64,000 nt of DNA from contig CAYYEP010000004.1 of NCBI GenBank assembly GCA_964470995.1, positions 2,846 through 66,845 of the forward strand, read 5' to 3'. Under the pieces are notes generated by a model. That model did not search any database and was not told where the DNA came from. It saw only the letters and a list, made by a program, of their open reading frames with translations. Within the stretch, counting starts at the first letter, position 1. Each line of letters starts with the position of its first letter. The position numbers and the translations under genes are program-made. Source of the stretch: an uncultured Candidatus Saccharibacteria bacterium (GTDB lineage Bacteria > Patescibacteriota > Minisyncoccia > Minisyncoccales > UBA5738). Positions 63,325-64,000 of the stretch are shown here, piece by piece.

Positions 63325-63404
63325 TTAACGAAAAAATATGAAAATAATCATTGATAATCGGGAGGTGGAAGCAAGGGAGGGGCAGACAATATTGGAGGCG
63401 GCGC
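63325..63404 (+). repeat. 80-bp direct repeat, downstream copy
   Basis: See 62388-62467. This copy is continuous with the intact gene. Confidence 0.95.
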
Positions 63405-64000
63405 GGGAGAACGGGATTGAAATTCCGGCATTGTGTTATCATCCGGATCTGTGCGTGAAGGCAAATTGCCGGATGTGCGTGGTGGAGATTGAGGGGGTGG
63501 CGGCTCCACAGGCGGCCTGTGCGACAAAGATAAAAGAGGGAACGAAAGTGGTCACGCAAAGCGAAAATTTGACGGCGTTGCGCAAAAGCAATTTGGAATT
63601 GCTTTTGGGTCAGCATCGGCGCGATTGCGCCAAATGTATTTGGCAGGGCAAGTGCGCGCTGTTGAAATACGCGCTGGAACTGAAAGTTGATTTGAATGCC
63701 TATCCACTGCGCAATCCCGAGCCCGAAATTATCAAATTCGGGCCGATCATTCTTGACCGGTCAAAGTGCATCAATTGCCGCAATTGCGTGGATATGTGTT
63801 CGCGCCAGACCGGTTCCAAACGCGGGAACGAGGCTGAGTGCAAATCTGACGGCTTTTTGGAATTGGAAGGGCGGGGATATGAAAGCCGGATTTCGCCTTC
63901 CGCGGATGAGAAAAAAGATTGCATTTATTGTGCCCAGTGCGTGGTGCACTGCCCGGTGGGCGCGCTGGATGTGGAAAGCGCGGTGGAGGCGGTGGACGCG
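63338..64000 (+). CDS. NuoG/[FeFe]-hydrogenase-type iron-sulfur subunit, N-terminal part (3' end outside window)
   Basis: This ORF is not in the ORF track because it is open to the window edge. The translation MKIIIDNREVEAREGQTILEAARENGIEIPALCYHPDLCVKANCRMCVVEIEG is 2Fe-2S ferredoxin-like. It is followed by CAKCIWQGKC, CINCRNCVDMC and CIYCAQCVVHCP cluster motifs. Confidence 0.8.
   Translation, partial: MKIIIDNREVEAREGQTILEAARENGIEIPALCYHPDLCVKANCRMCVVEIEGVAAPQAACATKIKEGTKVVTQSENLTALRKSNLELLLGQHRRDCAKCIWQGKCALLKYALELKVDLNAYPLRNPEPEIIKFGPIILDRSKCINCRNCVDMCSRQTGSKRGNEAECKSDGFLELEGRGYESRISPSADEKKDCIYCAQCVVHCPVGALDVESAVEAVDA

Noticed and set aside
1-64000. Possible alternative genetic code (UGA recoding, as in some CPR lineages).
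   Set aside because: Many full-length, well-recognised proteins end at TGA. Several ATGA start/stop overlaps use TGA as a stop (995, 8041, 25935, 42557, 61400). Standard code 11 fits.

Overview
All calls rest on motif recognition by eye; no database search or computation was possible. The window is gene-dense (about 60 protein genes, mostly + strand). I recognised no rRNA, tRNA or CRISPR array. Gene style suggests a small-genome, uncultivated CPR/Patescibacteria-like bacterium: an RRM RNA-binding protein, a short ValRS, an FtsZ with long tails, many membrane-anchored enzymes and weak Shine-Dalgarno signals. That assignment is inference only.

Layout:
- 1-8.6 kb: an AT-rich defence island. It holds the 3' part of an SNF2 helicase coupled to a 1143-aa nuclease-like/N6-adenine methylase/TRD fusion, then a Gabija-like OLD ATPase-Toprim nuclease plus UvrD helicase pair, then a coupled 93-aa ORF.
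- 8.8-11.9 kb: an ArsR-controlled thiol/organoarsenical-type cluster.
- 12-21 kb: csp, mgtE, a Qnr-like pentapeptide protein, NUDIX, VOC, two tandem M14 peptidase paralogues (the first apparently catalytically dead), valS and an RluA-family synthase.
- 21.5-21.9 kb: a truncated IS200-type tnpA relic preceded by a ~176-bp element. That element recurs inverted at 36.6 kb and partly at 28.3 kb.
- 23-33 kb: HIT, coaD, a GT2-HAD-OtsA operon whose trehalose-6-P synthase carries an N-terminal two-TM sensor plus HAMP-like module, a NagZ-like GH3, and a 1064-aa CBM-repeat/polysaccharide deacetylase.
- 33-40 kb: a soluble multi-PAS/GAF histidine kinase, an OmpR-type regulator, and MFS-like and ABC-2 transporters.
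- 41-54 kb: housekeeping genes (glyA, RRM protein, cyclophilin, mnmA, ftsZ, NAD(P)HX dehydratase, trxB, eno, gpmA, ferredoxin, GltB-like FMN protein).
- 54-60 kb: small membrane proteins, a membrane-anchored 1192-aa Clp-like protein with a degenerate D1 and two tandem D2 AAA+ modules, and a Cys-rich repeat surface protein.
- 60.4-64 kb: a NuoF-like gene and a NuoG/hydrogenase-like gene separated by an AT-rich insertion. The insertion contains a frameshifted NYN gene, unknown ORFs and an 80-bp direct duplication of the downstream gene's 5' end.

Most interesting: the three-module Clp-like ATPase locus, the stacked defence island, the split hydrogenase-type locus and the sensor-fused OtsA.
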